Positions 54,281 to 64,000 of a DNA stretch of 64,000 nucleotides are shown in pieces. Source of the DNA: an uncultured bacterium (lineage in GTDB: Bacteria > Elusimicrobiota > Elusimicrobia > Elusimicrobiales > Elusimicrobiaceae); contig CASEVY010000013.1 in NCBI GenBank assembly GCA_949291515.1, positions 16,389-80,388 on the forward strand, in the 5' to 3' direction. The position numbers and the translations under genes were made by a program. Numbering within the stretch: the first letter of the stretch is position 1; every line of letters starts with the position of its first letter. Under the pieces are notes generated by a model. That model did not search any database. It was given only the letters and a program-made list of their open reading frames with translations, and was not told where the DNA came from.

Positions 54281-55219
54281 TTATTCGCCCCAAGTCCAGG
54301 AAGGAGTAAAACCGCTGTCCACTCTCAAGCTGTCTACATACTCCGATTCCCTCATCGCGTCATCGGCCTCGAGGAAGGACTCCACATTCTCGCTTGAGAA
54401 CGCCTCTTCAACTTGCTGTTTTACGATTTTAAATATTTCCGGATTCTCGGCCAATATGCCATAGGCTACTTTCTGCTGATCTTCCGGCAAGCCGTATACG
54501 AACAGGGCCAAAGCGTCAATATCTTCTTCCATCATTTTCCTAATTTGGCGCTCCAAAACGAGGCGGTTATTGCTTATCGCCGTTTCTTCTTTGGTATTAT
54601 CGTAGAAAGCTACATAAGCTATCAAACCTACGGCTAAGCCCCATTTGCCCGCTCTTTTCGCTTTTATCCAAAATTTGCTGGTATTGCCGGTGACGGGTCT
54701 GGCCAAAAGCTGTTTGGCTCTTCTCATCTGATTGATGGCCTTATTGGCTGCAGCCCAATTGCCGGACATTGACGCGCCTACAGCTTTCCAGTAGTTTGCT
54801 CTGTTGATTGATTTGATTAAACCTTTATGACGCATCGCACTGTTCCATCTCGCCATTGCGGCGGCTTCTTTAGCCGCGGCATCTTTGATAGCGGCTTTTT
54901 GCAGGCCGGTAACCGCCTTCTTTTCTGCCGCTTTCATAAGAGCTTGATAAGCCATAGGATCCTGCGAAGCTACAAAATATTTACCCAATTCCGGGTTCTT
55001 TACTATCTTCTTTACAGAGTATGCCCAAGCGAGAAGCACCGCCGCGCCGCCGCCTATTATTACCCCTTTCGGCAAGCCTTTTTCCTTTTTGTCAATGCTA
55101 GACATATAAAGTTCTATTTCTTCGGCAGTCAATTCTTCTTCCGGTTGATATTGCGCATAGGCCAAGCCGGAAAAACATATATTCATTGAAATTAATGCGA
55201 CTAAAAACTTTTTCAACAT
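54281..55219 (-). CDS. Signal-peptide/two-TM protein of unknown function, paralog 2 (driven by composite promoter B)
   Basis: Signal peptide MLKKFLVALISMNICFSGLAYAQ and a GGAGG RBS. It shares the architecture and the C-terminal motif ..F(K/Y)K(I/L)(V/L)K(Q/K)QV(E/D)...SSEN.. with 53156-54022. Confidence 0.65.
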   Translation of the reverse strand: MLKKFLVALISMNICFSGLAYAQYQPEEELTAEEIELYMSSIDKKEKGLPKGVIIGGGAAVLLAWAYSVKKIVKNPELGKYFVASQDPMAYQALMKAAEKKAVTGLQKAAIKDAAAKEAAAMARWNSAMRHKGLIKSINRANYWKAVGASMSGNWAAANKAINQMRRAKQLLARPVTGNTSKFWIKAKRAGKWGLAVGLIAYVAFYDNTKEETAISNNRLVLERQIRKMMEEDIDALALFVYGLPEDQQKVAYGILAENPEIFKIVKQQVEEAFSSENVESFLEADDAMRESEYVDSLRVDSGFTPSWTWGE

Positions 55220-55254
55220 TGTTTCCTCCGTTAGATTTTAACTTCCTTACATAA

Positions 55255-55323
55255 ATTCTAAAAAACTATCCGCTTACCTGCAAGAGACTTTGGCCCCAAT
55301 CGCAAATGGGTCTTTAGTCCTAT
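55255..55323 (-). promoter_or_regulatory. Composite promoter copy B
   Basis: Gene orientation: AGGACTAAAGACCC-N10-GGGGCCAAAGTCTC-TTGCAG-N17-TAGAAT. The -35 is at 55278-55283 and the -10 at 55255-55260. Confidence 0.65.
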
Positions 55324-55326
55324 AGT

Positions 55327-55353
55327 AAAAAGCCCCGCCTTTAGACGGGGCTT
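55327..55353 (-). terminator. Terminator of the gap-pgk-secG unit
   Basis: Minus strand reads AGCCCCG-tctaaagg-CGGGGCT followed by TTTTT. Confidence 0.7.
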
Positions 55354-55358
55354 AAAGT

Positions 55359-55667
55359 TTATTTGGTCGGCGTCGTATCGGTCGGCGCAGCAGGCGCGCT
55401 AGCCGGTATCTGTACGCTGTCAACGACCGAACTCATACCGCGTTTGGATACGTTTACCGTCAAGAATATCGAGGTAATCATTATCACCAACGCAACCGCC
55501 GCGGTAAGTTTTGTTATGAAGGTCGTAGCCGTAGGGCCAGCAAATACGCTGTCGCTGTTTGAGCTGCCGAATATCCCGGCCGCGGAACCCTTCCCGCTTT
55601 GCATCAATATCAGCATTATCAGCAATATGCACGCGACCCACTGCAATACTAAAGCTATTGTGTACAT
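55359..55667 (-). CDS. secG: Preprotein translocase subunit SecG
   Basis: LILMQSGKGSAAGIFGSS motif, two TM helices, and position after pgk. Confidence 0.85.
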   Translation of the reverse strand: MYTIALVLQWVACILLIMLILMQSGKGSAAGIFGSSNSDSVFAGPTATTFITKLTAAVALVIMITSIFLTVNVSKRGMSSVVDSVQIPASAPAAPTDTTPTK

Positions 55668-55686
55668 ATTATATTTTCTCTCCCAA

Positions 55687-56889
55687 TTATTTTTTCAGCA
55701 ATGCCGTAAGGCCAGGTAACTCCTTGCCTTCCACAAATTCCATACTCGCGCCGCCGCCGGTGGAAGCGTGCGATACTTTTGAAGATGATATCTTCGCTTT
55801 CTTCAATACGTTCAGGCTGTCGCCGCCGCCGATTATCGTAATAGCGCCTTTCTCCGTCAATTTGACCAAGGTTTCCGCTATCGCGAAGCTGCCTTTGGCG
55901 TATGTCGGCATTTCAAATACGCCAACGGGGCCGTTCCAGAATATAGTCTTGCATTCGCTTAAGGCGTCTTCAAACAATTTAATCGTCTTAGGGCCGATGT
56001 CCAATCCCATAAAGCCTTCGGGAATGTTAGGGCTGTCCGTTACGACAGTTTCTACACCCTCTGCAAATTCTTTGGCCGCGATATTATCTACGGGCAGCAA
56101 AAGTTTTACGCCCTTTTCTTTCGCTTTGGCCATAATGCTCTTGGCCTCTTCTATCTTATCGGCTTCCAACAAGGAGTTGGATACATTGTAGCCCAAAGCC
56201 GTATTGAAAGTATAGGCCATACCGCCGCCGACTATCAAAACGTCTACCTTGTCCAAGAGGTTATTAAGAACCATTATCTTATCGGATACTTTCGCACCGC
56301 CGATTATCGCGGCGAACGGGCGGGCGGGATTTTCCAAAGCGCCGCCTAAAAATTCAACTTCCTTCTGGATTAAGAAACCGGCCGCGCTGGGCAAAAATTC
56401 GGTTATGGCGCTGGTAGAGGCATGGGCGCGGTGTACGGTGCCGAAGGCCTCTTGCACGAAGTAATCGCCGAGTTTAGCCAGCTTTTTGGCAAACTCTTTA
56501 TCGTTCTTTTCCTCTTCGGGGTGGAAGCGGAGGTTCTCAAGCAATACGATCTCGCCGTTCTTGGCGTTCTTTACCGCTTCTTCGGCGACTTCGCCTATGC
56601 AGTCGGACGCGAAATGTACTTTCACGCCCATAATTTTTTCAACTTCCGGGGCTACCGGCGCCAAAGAAAATTCGGGCGCCACCTTCCCTTTCGGTCTTCC
56701 CAAGTGAGCTATCAATACCAATTTGCAGCCTTTCCCTAAAAGATATTTTATCGTTTTTTCCGTCGCCGTAATGCGTTTGGGATTATCCACTTTTCCGTCC
56801 TTTAAAGGAACATTGTAATCCACTCTGACGACAACGGTTTTATTGTCTAAATTTACATCTTGTATTTTTACGATATCATTAAGGTTCAT
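55687..56889 (-). CDS. pgk: Phosphoglycerate kinase
   Basis: VRVDYNVPL, FLLENLRFHPEEE-like and IIGGGDS motifs. 400 aa. Confidence 0.95.
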   Translation of the reverse strand: MNLNDIVKIQDVNLDNKTVVVRVDYNVPLKDGKVDNPKRITATEKTIKYLLGKGCKLVLIAHLGRPKGKVAPEFSLAPVAPEVEKIMGVKVHFASDCIGEVAEEAVKNAKNGEIVLLENLRFHPEEEKNDKEFAKKLAKLGDYFVQEAFGTVHRAHASTSAITEFLPSAAGFLIQKEVEFLGGALENPARPFAAIIGGAKVSDKIMVLNNLLDKVDVLIVGGGMAYTFNTALGYNVSNSLLEADKIEEAKSIMAKAKEKGVKLLLPVDNIAAKEFAEGVETVVTDSPNIPEGFMGLDIGPKTIKLFEDALSECKTIFWNGPVGVFEMPTYAKGSFAIAETLVKLTEKGAITIIGGGDSLNVLKKAKISSSKVSHASTGGGASMEFVEGKELPGLTALLKK

Positions 56890-56967
56890 TTTCGTTTCCC
56901 CGGATTTTTAAATATTATTCAAATCTGACGGGCGGAACCGACAAGCGGCCCCGCCCTTTTTGCAAAC

Positions 56968-58008
<1,041 letters not shown>

Positions 58009-58159
58009 TTATTTCATATATATGATACTATTTTTTTTGACCTTTTTAAATATCGGCACCGATGCCAAGGGCGGCTCTTTTTAACGGCGGGCGAAACTTT
58101 ATTGACATCTTTCCGTTTTAAGCCGCAGTTTTTTTCATCGCCGGATATAAAATGAACCG

Positions 58160-58189
58160 AAAAAAACCCCGGCTTATTTGCCGGGGTCT
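58160..58189 (-). terminator. Terminator of the trypsin-fold protein gene
   Basis: Minus strand reads CCCCGGC-aaataa-GCCGGGG followed by TTTTTTT. Confidence 0.75.
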
Positions 58190-58204
58190 TTTAAATTTTT
58201 ACTA

Positions 58205-59206
58205 TTATAAAGCGGTATTGCCGTTTAAGTCTTTGGTAAGTTGTATTCCCCCGCCTTTTACGCTGTCTTTTATGAGTTTCGTAAAATCTGATGAAAATAA
58301 AGCGTACTTGTTAGTCTTCGTATATCCGATTACCTGGCTGTCGCTTACCGTCTTTATGCCGACCAGTATATTCTTGTTCGAAGACGCGCGGTGGAACAGC
58401 GGCTCGCCGAAATAGCTGCGTTCGACCTTGCCGTTTACCGTTAAAAATCCGCCTTTTACAGATTTTACGGTTTTACTCCCGCTTACGGGAGAGAAGAACA
58501 CCCTCTTTAAAAAGGCATCTTCCACCTTATCCTGCGGATCCATATTGGAAAGTATTACCGTACCGTAATTTGCTTTTACTCCGAAAGTAACCTTATCGGA
58601 ACCTACCGCCCACTCCCACAATCTTACGCACACATTGTCGGCCGTTGTACCTTTTTCCTGTAAACACAAATTGCTTATCTTTATCAAAGCGGCGCCGCTT
58701 CTGTGATCGATAAAAACTTTGGATATTTTACGCGCGTCAAACTGCAACACTCTGCCGTCCAGTTCCAGTTCCACGCTAAGAGGTTTAAATTCCACCAAAG
58801 CGCCGGGGGCATCATCACCCGTATATTCCATTCTGTCCACTCTCAAGCATTTTTCGTGAGTAAGCAGGTAATCTTTGTTTATCAGAGTGCCGTAGCAATG
58901 CGCGTCGAAAAAGCCCGCACCTTCGCCCCAAAGACCGTCTTGTTTGTAATTTAAATCTATTTTATAAGGGCGGCCGTCGGCATCATAATCTTCCACAAAC
59001 AAATCTCTCTTATATGTAGTGGTAAGTTTAAAGACCATAGGTTTATAATTATATTTATAGCTCTGACCCGCTACGGCGCTTTCTATTTTGCCGCCTATCT
59101 CATTATTTAAATCCTCATTTTCCATAAAGGAAGAGAAATCGGCGCTATAAGCCAGCCCGCCGAGCCAAAATAGAAACGTAAAGATTAATAATTTCTTTAT
59201 TGACAT
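58205..59206 (-). CDS. Secreted trypsin-fold (S1-like) protein lacking the catalytic triad, driven by composite promoter C
   Basis: Signal peptide MSIKKLLIFTFLFWLGGLAYSA. The segment CYGTLINKDYLLTHEKC aligns with the S1 motif CGGSLI..WVLTAAHC but has Lys at the His position. GAALIKI stands in for DIALIKL, and YFGEPLF for GDSGGPL. Confidence 0.55.
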   Translation of the reverse strand: MSIKKLLIFTFLFWLGGLAYSADFSSFMENEDLNNEIGGKIESAVAGQSYKYNYKPMVFKLTTTYKRDLFVEDYDADGRPYKIDLNYKQDGLWGEGAGFFDAHCYGTLINKDYLLTHEKCLRVDRMEYTGDDAPGALVEFKPLSVELELDGRVLQFDARKISKVFIDHRSGAALIKISNLCLQEKGTTADNVCVRLWEWAVGSDKVTFGVKANYGTVILSNMDPQDKVEDAFLKRVFFSPVSGSKTVKSVKGGFLTVNGKVERSYFGEPLFHRASSNKNILVGIKTVSDSQVIGYTKTNKYALFSSDFTKLIKDSVKGGGIQLTKDLNGNTAL

Positions 59207-59233
59207 TATATATCTCCTTGTTAATATACCTAA

Positions 59234-59303
59234 ATTATAGTTATTCTCCCGCTCCCTTTACAAGAGAAAAAGGGCCCCCCTGACCTTAGGCCCTTAGACC
59301 TAT
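59234..59303 (-). promoter_or_regulatory. Composite promoter copy C
   Basis: Gene orientation: AGGTCTAAGGGCCT-N9-GGGGCCCTTTTTCTC-TTGTAA-N18-TATAAT. The -35 is at 59258-59263 and the -10 at 59234-59239. Confidence 0.65.
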
Positions 59304-59346
59304 CATTATAGTGCGAATGATATCCTATCCGCTGCGAGCAAGCGAC

Positions 59347-59372
59347 AAAAAAAGCCGCCCCGAAGGGCGGCT
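59347..59372 (-). terminator. Terminator of fba
   Basis: Minus strand reads GCCGCCC-ttcg-GGGCGGC followed by TTTTTTT. Confidence 0.8.
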
Positions 59373-59390
59373 TCCGTTTGAACTAAAGAA

Positions 59391-60365
59391 TTAATACCTG
59401 CCGGCGGAACCCAAAACCTTCTCGTTCTTTTCTTTATACATAGCGATAAGGTCGGTTCTGGCGGGGCCCAAGTATTTGCGCGGATCGAACTCTGCCGGTT
59501 TTTCGGCAAAGACTTTCCTGATGGCGGCAGTCATTACCAATCTGCCGTCGGAATCGACGTTGATCTTGCATACCGCGCTCTTGGCCGCTTTTCTAAGCTG
59601 CTCTTCGGGCACGCCTACGGCATTTTCAAGTTTGCCGCCGTATTTATTTATCGTTTCAACGGCTTTCTGGTCTACGCTGGAAGCGCCGTGCAACACTATA
59701 GGGAAACCGGGAAGGCGTTTTTCCACTTCCGCCAAGATGTCAAATCTCAAAGGCGGAACGCTTTCGCCGGGTTTCACTTTAAATTTATAAGCGCCGTGGC
59801 TCGTGCCGATCGATATCGCCAAAGAATCTACACCCGTCCTCTTTACGAAATCCTCTACCTGAGCGGGATCGGTATAAGTGTGTTTTTCGGCGGAGACTTC
59901 GTCTTCGATACCGGCCAATACGCCGAGTTCGCCTTCTACGGTTACGTCAAATTGATGAGCGTAATCCACCACTTTTTTGGTCAAAGCGATATTTTCCTCG
60001 TAAGGAAGATGAGATCCGTCTATCATTACGGACGAGAAACCGGAATCGATACAGTCTTTGCACAGCTCAAAAGTATCGCCGTGGTCCAAATGGAGGGCGA
60101 CAGGTACCGGCTGGCCCATCTTTTTCATCATTTCGATAGCGCCGCGGCCCATCCAGCGGAGCAAAGTGGCGTCGGCATAATTTCTGGCGCCTTTGGATAC
60201 CTGTAAAATCACCGGCGAGCGCGATTCCGTGCAGGCCGTGATTATCGCCTGAAGCTGCTCCATATTGTTAAAGTTGTAAGCGGGTACGGCATAACCTTCT
60301 TTCATGGCTTTGGCGAACATATCTTTAGTGTTCACGAAGCCCAGTTCTTTATAAGAAACCGTCAT
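59391..60365 (-). CDS. fba: Class II fructose-1,6-bisphosphate aldolase
   Basis: ALHLDHG, GTSHGAYKF and VLHGASS motifs. Start 60365 follows a GGAGG RBS. Confidence 0.9.
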   Translation of the reverse strand: MTVSYKELGFVNTKDMFAKAMKEGYAVPAYNFNNMEQLQAIITACTESRSPVILQVSKGARNYADATLLRWMGRGAIEMMKKMGQPVPVALHLDHGDTFELCKDCIDSGFSSVMIDGSHLPYEENIALTKKVVDYAHQFDVTVEGELGVLAGIEDEVSAEKHTYTDPAQVEDFVKRTGVDSLAISIGTSHGAYKFKVKPGESVPPLRFDILAEVEKRLPGFPIVLHGASSVDQKAVETINKYGGKLENAVGVPEEQLRKAAKSAVCKINVDSDGRLVMTAAIRKVFAEKPAEFDPRKYLGPARTDLIAMYKEKNEKVLGSAGRY

Positions 60366-60477
60366 AAAAAATGCCTCCATAAGTTTTATTTCAATTCCAT
60401 TGTACTAATTTTGTTAAAATAAAGTAAACAAGGCGCCGAGCTTGGCGTTTTAATTTCTTGGCAATTATAGAGGTTTT

Positions 60478-61023
60478 ATGACTTTAGACGAAATAATACA
60501 GAACAGAAGAAGTATTCGCAAATTCAAAGACGAACCCGTAGCCAGAGAACTTTTGGCTCTCTGCGCCCAGGCCGCCCGCCTGGCCCCCAGCGCCTGCAAC
60601 AGCCAACCGTGCAAATACGTCGTCATCGACGATAAAAAACTTAAAGAAGATTTTTGCAATGCCGTATTTACAGGAGTATATGCCACCTGCCGCGATATGG
60701 CCCTTAAAGCGCCCGCCATTGTCGCCGTATGCGCAAAAGCGGGCGGCAGTATTACCACCAGAATGGGCCAAATGGTTAGCGGCACGAAATATTATTTGGT
60801 AGATCAAGGCATCGCCGCGGAACATTTCGTTTTAAAAGCGCAGGATTTGGGGCTCGGTTCCTGCTGGGTCGGCTGGTTTAATCCCAAAAAAGCAAAAAAA
60901 TTCCTTAAATTGCCTTTCGACGTAAAATGCGAAATACTCCTCCTGATAGGTTACCCAGACGAAGCGCCTGCGCCTAGGCCCAGAAAACCGTTGGAAGATA
61001 TATTATCCTACAACAAATATTGA
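60478..61023 (+). CDS. Nitroreductase family protein
   Basis: IQNRRSIRKFKDEPV N-terminal motif. 181 aa. Confidence 0.8.
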   Translation: MTLDEIIQNRRSIRKFKDEPVARELLALCAQAARLAPSACNSQPCKYVVIDDKKLKEDFCNAVFTGVYATCRDMALKAPAIVAVCAKAGGSITTRMGQMVSGTKYYLVDQGIAAEHFVLKAQDLGLGSCWVGWFNPKKAKKFLKLPFDVKCEILLLIGYPDEAPAPRPRKPLEDILSYNKY

Positions 61024-61091
61024 TTAAAAAATCGCTCTGTCAAATAAAAACGGCCGCCCTAAAAAAGGCGGCCGTTAAATTTGCCTCTACT

Positions 61092-62315
61092 CTAATTCTG
61101 TTTGCTTTCAAGTTTATCCAACATTCTGTTGAAACATTTATAAACGAATTCCGGCTTGTAGTCGATTATCTTTTTATTGTGGCGCAAATAATCGTCTTCG
61201 CAGGCCATTATCATTTTATTTTTAGGCAGTTTCTTATATATATAGTCCGTAACAACCGTTATATTGGGATACCACAGATTATGTACTTTTTTATCCACCC
61301 AATGCTGCAAGCCCAAATTCGGAATATCCAGCCCGGCCGACGCCGCCCAAAATACCGAGTTTAGCGCTATTATGTACATTTTGTTTTCCTTGGAGAGCAA
61401 AGAAAGCAAGTGACAGGATTCGTTGAAGGTAAACTTCTTGATGTCTATTACCTTAAAATATTCGTCTACTACGGCGGACTTAGTTACAGAGAGCACCAAA
61501 TATTCGTCCCTAAGCAGACGGCGGATAAGGTCGTCCTGATAAGGATAGGTATACGCCGAGCCGCGCGAATCAAGCTGAAGGAAAACTATGGCCTTTCTCT
61601 TTTTGGCCAGTTTGGAAAGTTCCTCAAAGTTCTTGCGGACTTCTTCGGAAGGCTCCTGCGGGAAATAAAACAACGGACGCGGCGTATCTTTTTTGGAAGG
61701 CATAGCGAGCTGAAAAGTCTTAAAAAGGCTGTTTACCCTGTGCGATATTTTTACTCCGTACTCGTAGTAGACGGGCAAGACCAAAAAGTCCTCCGGGATA
61801 TCCTTGAAAGCGTCTTCGTAATTGTAGTTTTTCCAAATAAAAGGATTGCGGTATCCGTCAAAATAGAAAACTTTTTCGAAAGCGGGATTGGTTTGCAGAA
61901 GCGTACCCACCAGCGGCGAATTGTTCCTATCGATATTTTTGGATACATAACCGTAAAATTTAAGCTGGGGATATTTCTCTTTCAAAGCCGCCAGCATAGG
62001 GGTAGTATATAAATAATCGCCTATACCCATAAAGAATACCAAAGCAAGCCCTTTTATATTCTTATTGGCCGATAAAGCGTTATCTATATTGTAAAAGACG
62101 TGCTCGTGCAGATATAAAGGGCGCGGCAGCTTATACCAGTCTTTATCGATAGGCAAATACTCCTTTTTGCAGTTGAGGCAAGGCTTATCGAAGGAATACC
62201 ACACGCAATAAGGGCTGTGCATAAAACTGCCTAAAGTTTTATGCCAGCAGTATCTCAGCATTTCCTGAGCGACACAAATGGGACGATACTTCCATAGTTT
62301 ACGGTTGATTGTCAT
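61092..62315 (-). CDS. Hypothetical protein, possibly a GT9 (heptosyltransferase-like) glycosyltransferase with a Cys-rich N-terminal extension
   Basis: LALVFFMGIGDYLYTTPMLAALKEKYPQLKF resembles the GT9 N-terminal G-x-GD...P...LK..P motif. The rest is not recognisable by eye. Confidence 0.45.
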   Translation of the reverse strand: MTINRKLWKYRPICVAQEMLRYCWHKTLGSFMHSPYCVWYSFDKPCLNCKKEYLPIDKDWYKLPRPLYLHEHVFYNIDNALSANKNIKGLALVFFMGIGDYLYTTPMLAALKEKYPQLKFYGYVSKNIDRNNSPLVGTLLQTNPAFEKVFYFDGYRNPFIWKNYNYEDAFKDIPEDFLVLPVYYEYGVKISHRVNSLFKTFQLAMPSKKDTPRPLFYFPQEPSEEVRKNFEELSKLAKKRKAIVFLQLDSRGSAYTYPYQDDLIRRLLRDEYLVLSVTKSAVVDEYFKVIDIKKFTFNESCHLLSLLSKENKMYIIALNSVFWAASAGLDIPNLGLQHWVDKKVHNLWYPNITVVTDYIYKKLPKNKMIMACEDDYLRHNKKIIDYKPEFVYKCFNRMLDKLESKQN

Positions 62316-62644
62316 GGATATATTTTAATAAAAAAAACCGAAAGTGCAAACAATAAACGAGAAAGAAACCTTCTGAAAATCCCTCCAGCGAAGCAGAAGC
62401 CCGACTTAATAATTTGCTTTTACTGGCTTTTAAGCGATGTGGGGCACACGCCCTTTAAAGCGATTGAGAAACCCTCCCGGCAAGTAAAATAATGTTTTTT
62501 GCGGCGCAAAAAAGCCTTACTAGAAGGGTTTAAATGTATAAATATTATTATTGTTGCCCTAAGGGAAATAAAGTTATACAATGTACAAGTCAGCGCGGAT
62601 ATGCCGAGGCATACGCGCGCTTTACTTAACTGAGGAGAATGTAA

Positions 62645-64000
62645 ATGTCCAAGAAATTAACGGCGATGGACGGCAATACCGCGGTATCGCATGTCGCCCA
62701 CGCAACCAACGAAGTAATAGCAATTTATCCTATTACGCCTTCTTCTACAATGGGCGAGATTTGCGACGCCAAATCCGCCAAAGGCGAAACCAATATTTGG
62801 GGTAATGTACCCGTAGTAAGCGAAATGCAGTCCGAAGGCGGCGCCTCAGGCGCGGTGCACGGCGCTTTGGCGGCCGGCGCTCTTACGACGACCTTCACCG
62901 CTTCGCAGGGCCTTTTGCTGATGATCCCCAATATGTTCAAAATAGCGGGCGAACTTACCCCGACCGTATTTCACGTATCGGCGAGGGCTTTGGCCACTCA
63001 CGCCTTATCCATTTTCGGCGATCACAGCGACGTTATGGCCGTACGCCAGACCGGCTGGGCTATGCTTGCCAGCTCAAACGCGCAGGAAGCGATGGACTTC
63101 GCTTTAATATCTCAGGCGGCTACCTTGGAAGCCAGAGTGCCGTTCCTGCATTTCTTTGACGGTTTTAGAACTTCTCACGAACTTAATATGGTGGACGTAA
63201 TCTCCAAAGAAACGATGAAGGAAATGATTGACGATAAACTCGTAGCCAAACACCGCGAGAACGCAATGAACCCCGAATCACCCACCATTCGCGGCACCGC
63301 CCAGAACCCCGATGTTTACTTCCAGGGCAGGGAAGCCGTAAACAAATTCTATTTGAACACCCCCGCCATAGTAAAGAAGTATATGGACAAATTTGCCCAG
63401 CTTACCGGCAGGAAATACGACCTTTTTGAATATGTCGGCGCGGAAGACGCGGAAAAAGTCGTCGTGATTATGGCCTCCGGCGCGGACGTCGCCCAGACCG
63501 CGGTGGAACGTATGAAAGGCGAAAAAGTGGGCGTGCTTAAAGTAAAACTCTTTAGACCTTTCAGCGCGGCGGATTTCATCAACGCTTTCCCCAAGACCGT
63601 AAAGAAAATCGCGGTATTTGACAGAACCAAAGAACCCGGTTCGCTCGGCGAGCCTTTGTTCCAAGACGTCTGCTCCGCTTTCTTAACCAATGAAGCGAAA
63701 GCCAAGTTTGAAACTACCCCCCTCATCATCGGCGGAAGATACGGTATCGGCTCCAAAGAGTTCACCCCCGCCATGGTAAAGGCCGCGTTCGATAACCTCG
63801 ACGCGAAAGAACCGGTAACCGGTTTCATCGTAGGCATAGAAGACGACTTGGGCGGCAAATCCCTCAAGACGCCCGTCTTGAAGAGAGATGCCTCCGAAAC
63901 CGCCACCTTCAACGCCTTGTTCTACGGCTTGGGTTCCGACGGTACCGTAGGAGCCAACAAAAACACGATGAAGATTATCAGCGAGAAGACCGATAACTTC
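62645..64000 (+). CDS. nifJ: Pyruvate:ferredoxin (flavodoxin) oxidoreductase, 5' part (3'-truncated by the window end)
   Basis: Not in the ORF track because it has no stop codon. My translation from ATG 62645 (after a GAGGAG RBS) reads MSKKLTAMDGNTAVSHVAHATNEVIAIYPITPSSTMGE...SEMQSEGGASGAVHGAL...RVPFLHFFDGFRTSHE. This is a canonical PFOR N-terminus, open for 452 codons to position 64000. Confidence 0.9.
   Translation, partial: MSKKLTAMDGNTAVSHVAHATNEVIAIYPITPSSTMGEICDAKSAKGETNIWGNVPVVSEMQSEGGASGAVHGALAAGALTTTFTASQGLLLMIPNMFKIAGELTPTVFHVSARALATHALSIFGDHSDVMAVRQTGWAMLASSNAQEAMDFALISQAATLEARVPFLHFFDGFRTSHELNMVDVISKETMKEMIDDKLVAKHRENAMNPESPTIRGTAQNPDVYFQGREAVNKFYLNTPAIVKKYMDKFAQLTGRKYDLFEYVGAEDAEKVVVIMASGADVAQTAVERMKGEKVGVLKVKLFRPFSAADFINAFPKTVKKIAVFDRTKEPGSLGEPLFQDVCSAFLTNEAKAKFETTPLIIGGRYGIGSKEFTPAMVKAAFDNLDAKEPVTGFIVGIEDDLGGKSLKTPVLKRDASETATFNALFYGLGSDGTVGANKNTMKIISEKTDNF

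Noticed and set aside
55278-55297. Reading the proximal box + TTGC as a sigma-54 (-24 GG / -12 GC) promoter
   Set aside because: Only copy B has TTGC. In copy B the GG-to-GC spacing is about 2 nt longer than the strict sigma-54 spacing. All five copies instead have a TAnAAT hexamer 17-18 nt downstream of TTG, which fits a sigma-70-type promoter.
56929-56957. GGGCGG...CCGCCC hairpin between gap and pgk as a terminator
   Set aside because: The T-run that follows the stem lies on the plus strand, whereas gap and pgk are transcribed on the minus strand. It is probably an intercistronic stability or processing hairpin, so I did not call it a terminator.

Overview
This is a 64-kb chromosomal segment of what appears to be an anaerobic diderm bacterium. 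Supporting genes are PFOR/NifJ, nitroreductases, a GGGtGRT/NifU-like pair, a beta-barrel OMP, GT8/GT9-type glycosyltransferases and AmpG. I cannot assign taxonomy from the sequence alone. I call about 60 protein genes, mostly on the minus strand, and 2 tRNAs (Ser-CGA, Gly-CCC). I saw no rRNA, CRISPR array, transposase or integrase. Recognisable housekeeping content: an oppDFBC-type peptide ABC operon; an M20 peptidase; an ABC-F ATPase; typA; a Leloir operon (Na+/sugar symporter-galK-galE-galT); dxs; pckA with an aminotransferase; fmt-PASTA-rpe; rpsP-KH-trmD-rplS; cca; an acyl-CoA ligase; a VanX-like dipeptidase; gap-pgk-secG; fba; and the 5' part of nifJ, which runs off the window end and is absent from the ORF track. 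The main non-housekeeping signal is one ~70-bp composite promoter present five times. It has a distal 14-bp box, a 9-10-bp spacer, a proximal GGGGCC..TCTC box abutting the -35, then TTGnnn-N17/18-TAnAAT. Every copy is on the minus strand. The copies drive (i) a small Cys-rich leader ORF plus terminator ahead of a giant 2,028-aa signal-peptide/polytopic membrane protein, (ii) two tandem paralogous membrane proteins, (iii) a secreted trypsin-fold protein lacking all catalytic residues, and (iv) a 254-aa secreted protein. This looks like an uncharacterised envelope/secretome regulon whose regulator lies outside the window. Other items worth a second look: three chromatin-like proteins (a Cys-containing histone-H1-like protein, a K/A-rich DksA fusion, and a SWIB protein); the uncharacterised GGGtGRT + NifU-like pair; a kinase-less PASTA protein; an EGF-signature Cys-rich secreted protein; a translationally coupled PH-like membrane protein and nucleotidyltransferase pair; and a compact multi-hairpin intergenic element.
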